Below, in pieces: positions 27,311 through 37,453 of a DNA stretch of 64,000 nucleotides. A model generated the notes under the pieces. It made no database searches, was not told where the DNA came from, and saw only the letters and a program-made list of their open reading frames with translations. Each line of letters begins with the position of its first letter. The first letter of the stretch is position 1. The stretch comes from Eubacteriales bacterium. Its GTDB lineage: Bacteria > Bacillota > Clostridia > Oscillospirales > QAKW01. Position numbers and translations under genes: made by a program. The stretch is taken from assembly GCA_045541455.1 (NCBI GenBank), contig JAZQJA010000058.1:115-64114 (forward strand), read 5' to 3'.

Positions 27311-27958
27311 TTATAATATTAATTTTAATAGTTGTTCTGGCTTATCAATGATGATTTTAGCTCCATTGCTTTTTAGAAATTCTTTATCTTTAAATCCCCA
27401 AGATACAGAAATACAATCAAGTCCTGCATTTTCAGCTGTTTCTATATCAACTTCTGAATCACCTATAAAAACTGCGTTATCTGGAGATATACCTAGCAAA
27501 TTTAATACTTCATTAACGCTATCAGGTGACGGCTTTTTGGCAATACCTTGTCGTTCTCCAACAGCAAAATCAAACATGCCATCGAAATATTGCTTGCACA
27601 GTGCTTTCACACCGTAGTCAATTTTATTTGAAATAACAGCCGTTTTAACACCTGCATTACGCAAAGTTTGAATGGTTTCAGGTATTTTATTATATGGTGC
27701 TGTTAAATCGTTATTATGTATTCTGTAGTGCTCATTAAAATCATCATATACTTTTTTTAATATTTCTTCATCGGCATTTTTGGGCAGTGCTCTTTTAATA
27801 AGCATCATAACACCGTTTCCTACATAACTTGTAATTTCATCGGTTGTATGAATTGGCATAGAGTTTAGTTGTAAAGCATAGTTTACGCTGTTAGCAATAT
27901 CATCTATTGTATTTAAAATTGTTCCGTCTAGATCAAAAATTGCAAGATAATATTTCAT
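27311..27958 (-). CDS. HAD-superfamily phosphatase (phosphoglycolate phosphatase/PpaX-like)
   Basis: DLDGT motif I (AIFDLDGTILNT), ISNK motif II, GDSEVD motif IV. Confidence 0.8.
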   Translation of the reverse strand: MKYYLAIFDLDGTILNTIDDIANSVNYALQLNSMPIHTTDEITSYVGNGVMMLIKRALPKNADEEILKKVYDDFNEHYRIHNNDLTAPYNKIPETIQTLRNAGVKTAVISNKIDYGVKALCKQYFDGMFDFAVGERQGIAKKPSPDSVNEVLNLLGISPDNAVFIGDSEVDIETAENAGLDCISVSWGFKDKEFLKSNGAKIIIDKPEQLLKLIL

Positions 27959-27970
27959 AATTTATCTCCT

Positions 27971-28639
27971 TTATAATATATTGCTTATTTCATCAAAACT
28001 TTTAATTGAATAATTAGCACAATTGGTTTTTTCGTTTCCAACGTAAATTGTTTTAAAGCCAAACTGTTTTCCGCCTTTAATATCTGCACTGATGCTATCA
28101 CCAATAACTGCGACCTTTTCTTTATTTTTTTGTTTGATGTTGTCATAAACAAAATCAAAAAAACGTTGATCCGGTTTTGCATAGCCTATTTCTTCTGAAA
28201 GAAAAATATTTTTAAAGCAATCTTTTATACCCATTTTTTCGAGTTTATAATATTGAACATCTGTTGAACCGTTTGAAATGATATGTAAATTGTATTTTTT
28301 AAAAAGTAACATAATTGTATATACAGCGTTTTTTGTTTCTATTACGGTTTTTGAATATAATTTAAAATATTCCTTTGCAAATTTAATGATGTTTAGTTTG
28401 TTCTCTATATCTTTGAATAATATTTCAAAACGCTTTATTCTAAGCACATCTTTCGTTATTTTTCCTTTTTCAAACTCAAGCCAAAGACTTTCGTTTATTT
28501 GACTGTATTTATTTATTAAATCGTTTGAAAATTTAATGTCATACAGTTCAAACAACTTCTTTAAAGCTTGTCTTTCAACTTCTTTTGTGTCCGTTAATGT
28601 TCCGTCAATATCTATTAATAAATCGGTAAAACTTTGCAT
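27971..28639 (-). CDS. HAD-superfamily hydrolase (YjjG-like nucleotidase subfamily)
   Basis: IDIDGTLTD, ISNG, GDSISADIKGG. Confidence 0.75.
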   Translation of the reverse strand: MQSFTDLLIDIDGTLTDTKEVERQALKKLFELYDIKFSNDLINKYSQINESLWLEFEKGKITKDVLRIKRFEILFKDIENKLNIIKFAKEYFKLYSKTVIETKNAVYTIMLLFKKYNLHIISNGSTDVQYYKLEKMGIKDCFKNIFLSEEIGYAKPDQRFFDFVYDNIKQKNKEKVAVIGDSISADIKGGKQFGFKTIYVGNEKTNCANYSIKSFDEISNIL

Positions 28640-28642
28640 AAA

Positions 28643-30502
28643 TTATTCCTCCGAAAGTTCTAGCCACTTTTCAGTTAGAGTGTCTATCTGTTTTTTATTT
28701 TGTTCCAAACTATTGCATGCTTTTGATAATTCTTCATAATTAGTTGAGTTATGTAATATAAACTCCTCTAACTTACTGTTTTCCAGTTCTAATGCAGATA
28801 TTTGCTTTTCGATACTTGAAATTTCATTTCTCTTTTTGGCTTGACTTGCTCTTTCCTCTTTACTTTTGTAGTTGTTTGGAACTTTAACAGCGTTTTTTTC
28901 TTTTGACTTTTCATCAGTTGTGATAACTGAATCAAATTCTTTTTGGAATTCATCAAATTTACCGTTGAAAATTATTACTCTGGATTTTGACAAATAAACA
29001 ATTTTGTCAGGCACAGTATTTAAAAAGTACCTGTCGTGAGAAATAATAAGTTCTGTTCCTGAAAAATCAAGTAATGCTTTTTCAAGCTTTTCCTTGCTCA
29101 TCATATCTAGATGGTTTGTAGGCTCGTCCATCATTAATACGTTATTAAACTGCATTGTTAATTTTGCAAGCTGTAGTCTTGCCGATTCGCCACCCGAAAT
29201 ATCGCCTACTTTTTTGTAAATGTCATCGGCGGTAAATAGGACGCTTGCAAGTGCAAAACGCACTTGGTTTTCGTTTAGGGAAGGGAAAGTGTCCCAAAAC
29301 TCGTCTTTAACTGTTTTGCTTTGATCAGAGTATTTATGGTTTTGTTCATATACTCCAATTGAAACTTCTTTTCCCCAACGGAATTTGCCATCATACTCGA
29401 TATGTTTACCCAGTAAAGTATTAAAAAGCGTTGTTTTTCCAATTCCGTTTTCGCCTATAAAAGCAATTTTTTCACCGTATTTAATATCTAAATTAATATC
29501 TGTGATTAGTTTACGACCATCAATACTTAGCGACAGATTAAAGGATTTAAGAACATCAAACCAACTTTTGTTTGCAATTTTAAAATTAATATTAATTTGT
29601 TTATTGTATTGCTGTGGTTTATTTATCTCTTCCATTTTTTCAAGTTCTTTTTGGCGGCTTTTTGCCATGGCAGAGGTTGATGCTCGTACTAAGTTTCTTG
29701 CAACATAATCTTTTAGTTTTTCTTGTCTTTCAATATATTCGTTATATTCTTTTTCTTTTTGTCTTAATACTTTTTTTTTTGTTTCTTTGAATTTAGTGTA
29801 GTTACCTTCATATTGAGTAATTTTACCAAATTCCATTTCCCAAATAGTATTACAAACTTTGTTGAGATAATATCTATCATGGGTTACACTTATAACTGCA
29901 CCCTTGTATTCACTTAAGTATTTTTCAAGCCAAGCAGACGTTGTGAAATCCAAATGGTTTGTAGGTTCGTCAAGTAATAACACATTACAATCTGTCAGCA
30001 GCAATTTTGCAAGCGCAAGTCTTGTTCGTTCGCCTCCGCTAAGGGAACTGACCGTTTGCTCTCGTTGATGATATGTAAAGCCCATTCCGTTAAGAATGTA
30101 GTTGATTTTAAATTCAATATTATAGGCATCTTTGGAATTTATGTATGAAAGTAGTTTTTCGTATTCATATTTATTTGAATTGTTGCTAAGATCAATGCTT
30201 TCTAGTTTGTTGATAGCTTCTAGCTCTGCAGAAAACACTTTTTTCATTTCGTTATATACGGTTTCTTCACTTTCGACCAGGCTATTCTGTGTAAGGTATC
30301 CCACCTTTACAGATGGGTTTAAATATATTTCACCTGAATCGTATTGCTCAACACCTGAAATTATGTTGAGCAATGTTGTTTTACCTGCACCGTTAGCACC
30401 GATAATACCGATTCGTGAGTTGGACTTGATAATTCCGCTTGCCCCGTCTAGCACTAAATCTGAACCAAAATATTTTGTTATATCTTTAAAATTGATTATC
30501 AT
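28643..30502 (-). CDS. ABC-F family ATPase (two ABC domains plus a C-terminal coiled coil, no TM domain)
   Basis: Two Walker A motifs (GANGAGKTT and GENGIGKTT), two LSGGE signatures, an inter-domain linker, and a Lys/Glu-rich C-terminal helix. Confidence 0.85.
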   Translation of the reverse strand: MIINFKDITKYFGSDLVLDGASGIIKSNSRIGIIGANGAGKTTLLNIISGVEQYDSGEIYLNPSVKVGYLTQNSLVESEETVYNEMKKVFSAELEAINKLESIDLSNNSNKYEYEKLLSYINSKDAYNIEFKINYILNGMGFTYHQREQTVSSLSGGERTRLALAKLLLTDCNVLLLDEPTNHLDFTTSAWLEKYLSEYKGAVISVTHDRYYLNKVCNTIWEMEFGKITQYEGNYTKFKETKKKVLRQKEKEYNEYIERQEKLKDYVARNLVRASTSAMAKSRQKELEKMEEINKPQQYNKQININFKIANKSWFDVLKSFNLSLSIDGRKLITDINLDIKYGEKIAFIGENGIGKTTLFNTLLGKHIEYDGKFRWGKEVSIGVYEQNHKYSDQSKTVKDEFWDTFPSLNENQVRFALASVLFTADDIYKKVGDISGGESARLQLAKLTMQFNNVLMMDEPTNHLDMMSKEKLEKALLDFSGTELIISHDRYFLNTVPDKIVYLSKSRVIIFNGKFDEFQKEFDSVITTDEKSKEKNAVKVPNNYKSKEERASQAKKRNEISSIEKQISALELENSKLEEFILHNSTNYEELSKACNSLEQNKKQIDTLTEKWLELSEE

Positions 30503-31172
30503 ATTCTTTTCCTTGGTTACACATGGTTTTAAGTTCTGCTAATGCGTCTTTTAAACCACCAATTTTATCAATCAGGCCTTCATTTACGGCTTGTTTGCCA
30601 TCAAGTGTAGAACCGACATCTGTTACAAGTTCTCCTATATTTGACAATAATTCATTAAATCGTTTTTCTTTTATATTAGAGTTTGAAACAATAAAATCGG
30701 TAATTCTTTTTTGCATACGTTCAAAATTGTTAAAACTTTGGGGAACACCAATTATAACACCGTTTGTTCTGACCGGATGTATTGTCATAGTTGCGCTGGG
30801 AACAATAAAAGAAATATCACTTGCTACAGCTAGCGGAACACCTATTGAATGTCCGCCACCCAAAACTATTGAAACAGTAGGTTTACTCATCGAAGCTATC
30901 ATTTCTGCAATTGCAAGTCCTGCTTCAACATCACCTCCCACAGTGTTGATTAATATTAAAACTCCCTTAATATCAGTGCTTTCTTCAATTTCAACCAATG
31001 CCGGTAAAATATGTTCGTATTTAGTAGTTTTGCTTTGATCGTTTAAAATAAAATGTCCTTCTATTTGCCCAATTATTGAAATCACTTCAATTCCGCTTTC
31101 TGATTTTATTGAGCCGAACTCTTTAATATCATCTATGGGAAGGTTTGTTCTTTCCTTATTATCGTCTTTCAT
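30486..31172 (-). CDS. tepA: ClpP/TepA-family serine peptidase-like protein
   Basis: TKYEHILP, LINTVGGDVEAGLAIAEMI, GGGHSIG and MTIHPVR resemble B. subtilis TepA and the S14 fold. I prefer the second ATG (31172) because the SD agagagg lies 8 nt upstream of it. The tracked start is 31178. Confidence 0.65.
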   Translation of the reverse strand: MKDDNKERTNLPIDDIKEFGSIKSESGIEVISIIGQIEGHFILNDQSKTTKYEHILPALVEIEESTDIKGVLILINTVGGDVEAGLAIAEMIASMSKPTVSIVLGGGHSIGVPLAVASDISFIVPSATMTIHPVRTNGVIIGVPQSFNNFERMQKRITDFIVSNSNIKEKRFNELLSNIGELVTDVGSTLDGKQAVNEGLIDKIGGLKDALAELKTMCNQGKEYDNQF

Positions 31173-31226
31173 TAACATTTCCTCTCTTTCTTAATTTTAG
31201 TATGTTAATGAAAAAACTTTGTATTC

Positions 31227-32183
31227 TCAAATTTCTTTTTTAATCTGTTCAAAAACTTGTTTACAATCGCTGTATGTTGAAACTGTGCAACTGATTTGTT
31301 TATATTTTGATGCGTTTTTGACACCTTTCAAATACCATAAAATATGTTTTCTAAACTCTTTTACGGCTAAGAATTCTCCTTTATCATTAATTACATTTGA
31401 AAGATGCTCAAGAGCTATGTCAAATATTTCGAATGGAGTTATTTCAATCTTTTTAGTTAAATTGAAACCGGATTTTATTTGGTTAAAAACCAACGGATTT
31501 CCCATTGAAGCCCTTCCAACCATCAAACTGTGAGCACCTGTAAAATCAATGGTATCTTTTGCTGTTGTATAATCTATTATATCACCGTTTGCTATAACTG
31601 GTATTGTAACAGCTTCAACGACACTTTTAATTATGGACTTATCGGATTTGCCACTGTAAAATTGACTACGCGTTCTGCCATGAACAGTTAGATAGTCTGC
31701 ACCGGCATTTTGACAAACTTTTGCGAATTCAACGGCGTTTAAATTATTTTCGTCAACTCCGGCACGGAATTTAATACTTACAGGTATATCAGTGTTATCT
31801 TTTACCGACTTAATTATTTTAAATGCAGTTTCAGGTTGTTTCATCAAAGCACAACCATCGCCGTTATTAAAAATTTTCGGCGCCGGACAACCCATATTGA
31901 TATCAATAGACATAGGGGAATAATTATTGTTTATATATTCCGTTGCAACTTTAAAGCACTCCGGATCGTTACCGAAAATTTGCAAAGATATTGGTGTTTC
32001 ATTATCAGTATATTTTAGTAGTTCATAAGATTTTTTATCTTTATAAAAAATACCTTTTGTACTAACCATTTCGGAATAAGTGATATCAGCACCGTATTTT
32101 TTGCATATTTTTCTAAAACCGCTGTCGGTAACTCCAGCCATTGGTGCCAGTATAATAGATTGTTTTTTGAATGGAATTGGCAC
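31227..32183 (-). CDS. dusB: tRNA-dihydrouridine synthase
   Basis: LAPMAGVTD, INMGCP and FMN-binding blocks. The tracked ATG at 32222 lacks an SD. The in-frame GTG at 32183 has AGGAG 8 nt upstream and gives a typical Dus N-terminus. Confidence 0.85.
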   Translation of the reverse strand: MPIPFKKQSIILAPMAGVTDSGFRKICKKYGADITYSEMVSTKGIFYKDKKSYELLKYTDNETPISLQIFGNDPECFKVATEYINNNYSPMSIDINMGCPAPKIFNNGDGCALMKQPETAFKIIKSVKDNTDIPVSIKFRAGVDENNLNAVEFAKVCQNAGADYLTVHGRTRSQFYSGKSDKSIIKSVVEAVTIPVIANGDIIDYTTAKDTIDFTGAHSLMVGRASMGNPLVFNQIKSGFNLTKKIEITPFEIFDIALEHLSNVINDKGEFLAVKEFRKHILWYLKGVKNASKYKQISCTVSTYSDCKQVFEQIKKEI

Positions 32184-32349
32184 AGCAATTACTCCTAAAA
32201 TTCGTTTTGTATATTCTAACATAGAGATATAAAAAAGTAAATGAAAAAAATTTTAAAAAAGTGTTGACATTTCTAAATAATTGATGTATTATATAAATCG
32301 TTCACGAGAAAAGGCTAAAAAATGCCGCTAAGTTACACAGTGAACATAT

Positions 32350-32426
32350 GGCGGCATAGCTCAGTTGGCTAGAGCATTCGGTTCATACCCGAAGTGTCGT
32401 TGGTTCAAATCCGACTGCCGCTACCA
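32350..32426 (+). tRNA. tRNA-Met (anticodon CAT, elongator type). A lysidine-modified Ile2 tRNA cannot be excluded from sequence alone.
   Basis: Cloverleaf ggcggca-ta-gctc...gagc, anticodon loop ttCATac, T-arm gttggttcaaatccgac, and 3' gccgctACCA, as in the Bacillus elongator tRNA-Met. Confidence 0.85.
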
Positions 32427-32430
32427 AAAC

Positions 32431-32505
32431 GGCCTGTTGGTCAAGCGGTTAAGACACCGCCCTTTCACGGCGGTAACACGAGTTCGAATCTCGTACAGGT
32501 CACCA
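32431..32505 (+). tRNA. tRNA-Glu (anticodon TTC)
   Basis: Near-identical to Bacillus tRNA-Glu. Anticodon loop ctTTCac and an encoded CCA. Confidence 0.95.
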
Positions 32506-32508
32506 TTT

Positions 32509-32584
32509 GGAAGTTTAGCTCAGCTGGGAGAGCATCTGCCTTACAAGCAGAGGGTCAGCGGTTCGAGCCCGTTAACTTCCACCA
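32509..32584 (+). tRNA. tRNA-Val (anticodon TAC)
   Basis: Anticodon loop ctTACaa, canonical D- and T-arms, encoded CCA. Confidence 0.95.
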
Positions 32585-32591
32585 TAAAAAT

Positions 32592-32625
32592 AAAAACCCT
32601 AGCATTTGCTAGGGTTTTTATTTAT
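32592..32625 (+). terminator. Intrinsic terminator after the tRNA cluster
   Basis: aaaaccctagca-tt-tgctagggtttt followed by a T-rich run. Confidence 0.75.
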
Positions 32626-32706
32626 TTTACAAAAACCATACGCTAAGTGTATGGCTTCAAAAAGCCTTTTGCCTATGATAAATCCTGCTGTAGCGATAGG
32701 ATCCGC

Positions 32707-32985
32707 TTGTCAAGGGTACTGGCAAAGAAAAATTTAAGCTTATTTGAAAAAATAAAGCTTTATATTAATGATTTGCTAGCAAAACTAAAAGAGGCATATT
32801 ATAATATAAAGCCTGATTCTGAAGCCGGAAAAAAAGTTCTTGAAATGAAAGACTGCGTAGAGAACCTTCACGATCTGTTGGATGAGGCTGCTCTTTCTGC
32901 AAGAGAAAATTTCCGAAACTTAAGTGGCATAAATAAAATAGAGGCTGACGGCAAAGTACCTCGTGCTAACCACACTTCTTCTTAA
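32707..32985 (+). CDS. Hypothetical small helical protein. Both the start and the coding status are uncertain.
   Basis: Open frame 32647..32985. The GTG at 32647 has no SD. The in-frame TTG at 32707 has AGGA 5 nt upstream. I recognise no family. A good terminator follows at 33056-33090. Confidence 0.3.
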   Translation: MSRVLAKKNLSLFEKIKLYINDLLAKLKEAYYNIKPDSEAGKKVLEMKDCVENLHDLLDEAALSARENFRNLSGINKIEADGKVPRANHTSS

Positions 32986-33055
32986 TGATTGTTATGATTG
33001 TTTTTTTCGAAAACAAAAGTTGAAGCTTGTTGTATAAGCACTAACTTTCACTATA

Positions 33056-33090
33056 AAAGCTCCTTGAGTTTACTCAAGGAGCTTTTTCTT
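33056..33090 (+). terminator. Intrinsic terminator
   Basis: gctccttgag-ttta-ctcaaggagc followed by T5. Confidence 0.7.
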
Positions 33091-33222
33091 TTACATAATA
33101 CTAATTAACTTTAAATAAGTGACGAATAAGCGTTTGATTTAATAGATACCTTTTAATTTTTTTATTGATATCTTATTTATATAATGATATAATAATTAAT
33201 TATTAGTTATTATGGAGAATAT

Positions 33223-35286
33223 ATGTCGTATATAGATTGGACAATTAAATCACAAGATATTAATAAAGTTCATAATTTAGCCTCTTCACTTGGTTGCAGT
33301 GAAATAGTTGCGCGATTATTAATTAATCGAGGTTTGGCTGATTATGAAAGTGCTAGCAACTTTTTAAACTTAAGCGAACAAATGGTACATGATCCTTTTA
33401 TGCTTAATGATATACAAATTGCTGTTGATAGAATTTTGTTTGCTATTAAGAATAACGAAAAAATATGTATATATGGTGATTATGATGTTGACGGTATTAC
33501 ATCTGTAAGTGTTTTATATTTATATTTAAAACATTTTACTGATTGCGTTGAGTATTTCATTCCGAATAGGTTTTCAGAAGGTTACGGTGTAAATGATAAT
33601 GCTATTAAAACTGTTGCTGACAATGGCGTAAAACTGATAATCACGGTTGATACAGGAATTTCTGCATTTAGTGAAGTAGAATATGCAAGTTCTATAGGTG
33701 TCGATGTTGTAATAACCGACCATCATGAATGTCAAGATGATTTACCAAATGCGGTTGCTGTAGTTAATCCAAAACGTCATGATAGTACATATCCTTTTAA
33801 AAAACTTGCTGGTGTAGGAGTTGTTTATAAACTTATATCTGCTCTTGATTTATCTTTAAACGCAAACCACAGCGAAGAAAATATCGATTTAGTAGCAATT
33901 GGCACTATAGCTGATATTATGCCTCTTCTGGACGAAAATCGTTTTATTGTAAGAAAAGGCCTGGAAAAAATACAAAATAATGCAAATGTAGGCCTTAGGT
34001 TTTTAATAGATAAGTGCATTAACACATCTGAGGTAACTGCAAGTAATATCGGTTATGCAATTGCTCCGCGGATTAATGCTGCAGGCAGAATTGAAAATGC
34101 AGAGGTTGCCGTTAAATTGTTTGTAAGTGATAATTTCGATGATGCCGATATAATTGCTGAACATTTGTGTAAACTTAATGTTGAGCGTCAGAAAATCGAA
34201 AATTCGATTTTTGAACAAGCAATTGAAATAATTGAAGAACATGAATTGGATAAAAAATTTAATGCTTTAGTTTTATGGAAAGAAGACTGGCATAGTGGTG
34301 TTATAGGTGTTGTTGCATCACGATTGAAAGAAAAATATAATAAACCGGTTGTATTATTCTCAGTTAATGAGGTTGCAAAAGGTTCTGGCAGGAGCGTTAT
34401 ACCTTTTAATTTATACGAGGCTTTTGAAAGCTGTAAGGATATTTTAATTCAGTATGGTGGCCATAAATATGCTGCAGGTGTGTTAATAGAGAATAGTAAA
34501 CTATGTGAGTTTCGTGACAGACTATCAAGTGCTGTTACAGTTTTTAATGAGCAGACTGATCTTTCGCCGAATATTGATATCGAGTGTGTTCTTGAACACA
34601 ACGCGTTAAATCTTAGAACTTTTAGGGATATTTCTTTACTTCAGCCTTATGGTAAATCCAATGAAATTCCGTTGTTTTGTGTTAGAAATGTTAAAATTGT
34701 TGATATATTTCCAACTGCAAACAACAAGCATTTAAGAATTAAATTTGGAGTTAAAGATAAAGTTTTAACAGGTTTTTATTTTGGTGTTTCACCGCTTGAA
34801 TTTGATTACCGAGTAGGTGATCTTGTTGATATAGTTTGCGAACTTAATAAAAACGAGTATAAGAATATTTCTTCTCTACAGTTAATTATACGCGATATGC
34901 GTTATGTCGAAAGTGTAATTGAAAATTATAATTGCAAACGGAAGTTTTGTGACAATTCGGATGTAATATTACCACTTATGCTGCCAACAAGAAACGATAT
35001 TGGAGTTGTTTACAGATTTTTTGTTCAAAATTATAGAAAAGGCCGTAAACGTTATAATCTTGATACTTTATCAAATATGATAAATAAGGATTTGTTAGTT
35101 GATTTGAATTTTGAGAAAGTTTATTTTTCATTCGGTGTTTTGTTGGATTTGGGAATTATTTTAGGCGAATTTATTAAAAATGAATTTGTTTTGACTGATA
35201 TTGCAGAAGGAAAGAAGTTTTCACTTTATAATTCAGCAAAACTGCTTTGTATTTATCAAAAAGCGGGGGTTAAATTTGGGGATTGA
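33223..35286 (+). CDS. recJ: Single-stranded-DNA-specific exonuclease RecJ
   Basis: DHH motifs GDYDVDGITS, TVDTG and ITDHH, the DHHA1 GGH motif, and a C-terminal OB-like extension. Confidence 0.92.
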   Translation: MSYIDWTIKSQDINKVHNLASSLGCSEIVARLLINRGLADYESASNFLNLSEQMVHDPFMLNDIQIAVDRILFAIKNNEKICIYGDYDVDGITSVSVLYLYLKHFTDCVEYFIPNRFSEGYGVNDNAIKTVADNGVKLIITVDTGISAFSEVEYASSIGVDVVITDHHECQDDLPNAVAVVNPKRHDSTYPFKKLAGVGVVYKLISALDLSLNANHSEENIDLVAIGTIADIMPLLDENRFIVRKGLEKIQNNANVGLRFLIDKCINTSEVTASNIGYAIAPRINAAGRIENAEVAVKLFVSDNFDDADIIAEHLCKLNVERQKIENSIFEQAIEIIEEHELDKKFNALVLWKEDWHSGVIGVVASRLKEKYNKPVVLFSVNEVAKGSGRSVIPFNLYEAFESCKDILIQYGGHKYAAGVLIENSKLCEFRDRLSSAVTVFNEQTDLSPNIDIECVLEHNALNLRTFRDISLLQPYGKSNEIPLFCVRNVKIVDIFPTANNKHLRIKFGVKDKVLTGFYFGVSPLEFDYRVGDLVDIVCELNKNEYKNISSLQLIIRDMRYVESVIENYNCKRKFCDNSDVILPLMLPTRNDIGVVYRFFVQNYRKGRKRYNLDTLSNMINKDLLVDLNFEKVYFSFGVLLDLGIILGEFIKNEFVLTDIAEGKKFSLYNSAKLLCIYQKAGVKFGD

Positions 35287-37444
35287 ATTTGAAAAATATA
35301 ATGAACTTTTAGAAGTAATAAATAGTTCTGATAAAGAATACAACGTTGAAATTATTGAAAAAGCATTTAATTATGCAAGAATAAATCATAATGGACAAAA
35401 AAGAAGTTCGGGAGAACCTTATGTTTGTCATCCTATAGAGGTTGCGAAAATTGTCACAGAACTTGGCTTTGATACTGATAGTGTAACAGCGTCTCTTTTG
35501 CACGATGTTGTAGAAGATACTGAAATTACGCTTGATCAGTTGCGCTCTGATTTTGGTGACGAGGTTGCGACTCTTGTAGATGGCGTTACAAAACTTGGTA
35601 AAATCGCATATATTTCCAAAGAAGAACAACAAATGGAATATATGCGCAAAATGTTCTTTGCTATGGCAAAAGATATTCGTGTTATTGTTATTAAACTTGC
35701 AGATAGATTGCATAATATGCGTACACTTGATGCGTGTCCTAGCGACAAACAGTTACGTATAGCACATGAAACAATTGAGATATTTGCCCCTCTGTCACAC
35801 CGACTAGGTATGCAAAAGGTAAAAATTGAACTTGAAGATTTGTCGCTAAAATACCTAGACCCGATTGGTTATGATATGATACTCAAACAACTTGAGGATA
35901 CAACTGATGATAAAAACAAGTTTATAAATGGTATATGCGATCAGATTACAAAGCGACTTAATGAGTATGAAATGAATTTCACTCTCGAGCATAGAATTAA
36001 ACATATATTCAGTATTTATAAAAAAATATTTACGCAAAATAAAACTTTTCAAGAACTGTTTGATATATATGCGTTTCGTATAATTTGTAACACTACTAAT
36101 GATTGTTATAATATATTAGGACTTGTTCATGACCTTTTTAACCCAATTCCCGGTCGTTTTAAGGATTATATTTCAACACCTAAACCTAATATGTATCAAT
36201 CTTTGCATACAACGGTTATCGGTAAGGACGGTATACCATTTGAAATTCAAATTAGAACTCTTGAAATGCATGAAACTGCTGAGTTTGGTATCGCAGCCCA
36301 CTGGAAATATAAAAATAATATTTCTAAAAGTAATGTTGAATTTGATTCAAAATTAACTTGGGTTAGAAATATTCTTGAAATGCAAGAAGATTTAACAGGA
36401 ACTGAGGATATAATTAAGTCGCTTAAAGTAGATTTATTTAGTGATGAAGTATTTGTATTTACACCCAAGGGAGATGTTATAAATCTGCCTGCAGGTGCAA
36501 ATATAATTGATTTTGCTTATGCAATACACAGTGCTGTAGGCAATAGAATGATGGGAGCAAAGGTCAACGGTAAAATTGTTAACCTTGATTATCAGTTATC
36601 TACCGGAGAAATAATTGAAATTATTACTACTTCATCGCAAAACCATGGACCATCTCGAAATTGGCTTTCAATGGTTAAAACCAATGAAGCGAGAACAAAA
36701 ATCAGACAGTGGTTTAAGAAAGAACGTCGAGAAGAGAATATTTCTGTTGGTTCTTCAGCTCTTGAAGCAGAGATGAAGAGTCTTGGCTTATCGTTAGATG
36801 ATATTCAAGTGTCAGAATTGCTTAAAACAGTAATGGTTAATATGCATTTTGACACTTTGGAGGATATGTACGCGGCAATTGGTTATGGCGGTGCATCTGC
36901 GCAAAAAATTGCAATTAAAGTCAGGGATTCTATTTTACGGCTGAAAAATGCAGATGATATTAAAATAGTTCCTCAGTCTAAAAAGAAGGTAACCGAAGGC
37001 GGCGTATGTATAGAGGGCATAGATAATTGTCTTGTCAAATTTGCAAAATGCTGCAATCCTTTGCCTGGGGACTTTATTATTGGATATATAACAAGGGGTT
37101 ATGGTGTATCTGTTCATAACATCAATTGCCCTAATGTTAAACGCGGAATAGATGCCCAACCAGACAGATGGCTAAAGGCCAGTTGGGAAGATAATAAGGC
37201 AAAATTATTTACGACCACAATTGATATCATTACAAAAAATGTCACAGGTGTTATGGTAAAAATAACTTCTGTTTTCGCAGATATGAAAGTCACGGTTCGT
37301 AATTTTAATGCTAGAGAAAATGATGATGACACTGCAACAATAACTGTTGCAATGGATGTTAAAGATGTTGACCACCTTAATTTTATAATCAATAAACTTA
37401 AAAAGAATAAACTTGTTCTTGAAATTACGAGAACAAGTAATTAG
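35276..37444 (+). CDS. relA: Bifunctional (p)ppGpp synthetase/hydrolase (RelA/SpoT homolog)
   Basis: HD hydrolase domain (HDVVEDT), synthetase domain (YRSLHT-like YQSLHTTV), and TGS and ACT domains. The tracked start at 35201 lies inside recJ. I prefer the TTG at 35276, with GGGGG 7 nt upstream. The start is uncertain. Confidence 0.9.
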   Translation: MGIEFEKYNELLEVINSSDKEYNVEIIEKAFNYARINHNGQKRSSGEPYVCHPIEVAKIVTELGFDTDSVTASLLHDVVEDTEITLDQLRSDFGDEVATLVDGVTKLGKIAYISKEEQQMEYMRKMFFAMAKDIRVIVIKLADRLHNMRTLDACPSDKQLRIAHETIEIFAPLSHRLGMQKVKIELEDLSLKYLDPIGYDMILKQLEDTTDDKNKFINGICDQITKRLNEYEMNFTLEHRIKHIFSIYKKIFTQNKTFQELFDIYAFRIICNTTNDCYNILGLVHDLFNPIPGRFKDYISTPKPNMYQSLHTTVIGKDGIPFEIQIRTLEMHETAEFGIAAHWKYKNNISKSNVEFDSKLTWVRNILEMQEDLTGTEDIIKSLKVDLFSDEVFVFTPKGDVINLPAGANIIDFAYAIHSAVGNRMMGAKVNGKIVNLDYQLSTGEIIEIITTSSQNHGPSRNWLSMVKTNEARTKIRQWFKKERREENISVGSSALEAEMKSLGLSLDDIQVSELLKTVMVNMHFDTLEDMYAAIGYGGASAQKIAIKVRDSILRLKNADDIKIVPQSKKKVTEGGVCIEGIDNCLVKFAKCCNPLPGDFIIGYITRGYGVSVHNINCPNVKRGIDAQPDRWLKASWEDNKAKLFTTTIDIITKNVTGVMVKITSVFADMKVTVRNFNARENDDDTATITVAMDVKDVDHLNFIINKLKKNKLVLEITRTSN

Positions 37445-37453
37445 AGGTAAGTT

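Noticed and set aside
30523-31038. 171-aa ORF on the + strand, antisense to the TepA-like gene. Similar long antisense ORFs occur at 30132..30542, 35309..35713, 41257..41646, 27252..27617, 10398..10781, 43624..43965, 49503..49847 and 61707..62051.
   Set aside because: All lie fully inside well-supported genes on the opposite strand and lack Shine-Dalgarno sequences. They translate to low-complexity Ser/Pro/Ile/Leu-rich strings, which is typical of the mirror frame of AT-rich coding sequence. I found no independent evidence of coding.
32365-32646. Two tracked ORFs (32365..32646 and 32394..32612) that span the tRNA-Met/Glu/Val cluster
   Set aside because: They are read straight through three canonical tRNA genes and their terminator, so they are artefacts of ORF calling.
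35201-35275. relA ORF extension that overlaps the last 86 nt of recJ
   Set aside because: It has no SD and is poorly conserved in appearance. The in-frame TTG at 35276, with an upstream GGGGG, gives a normal Rel N-terminus. The exact start remains uncertain.
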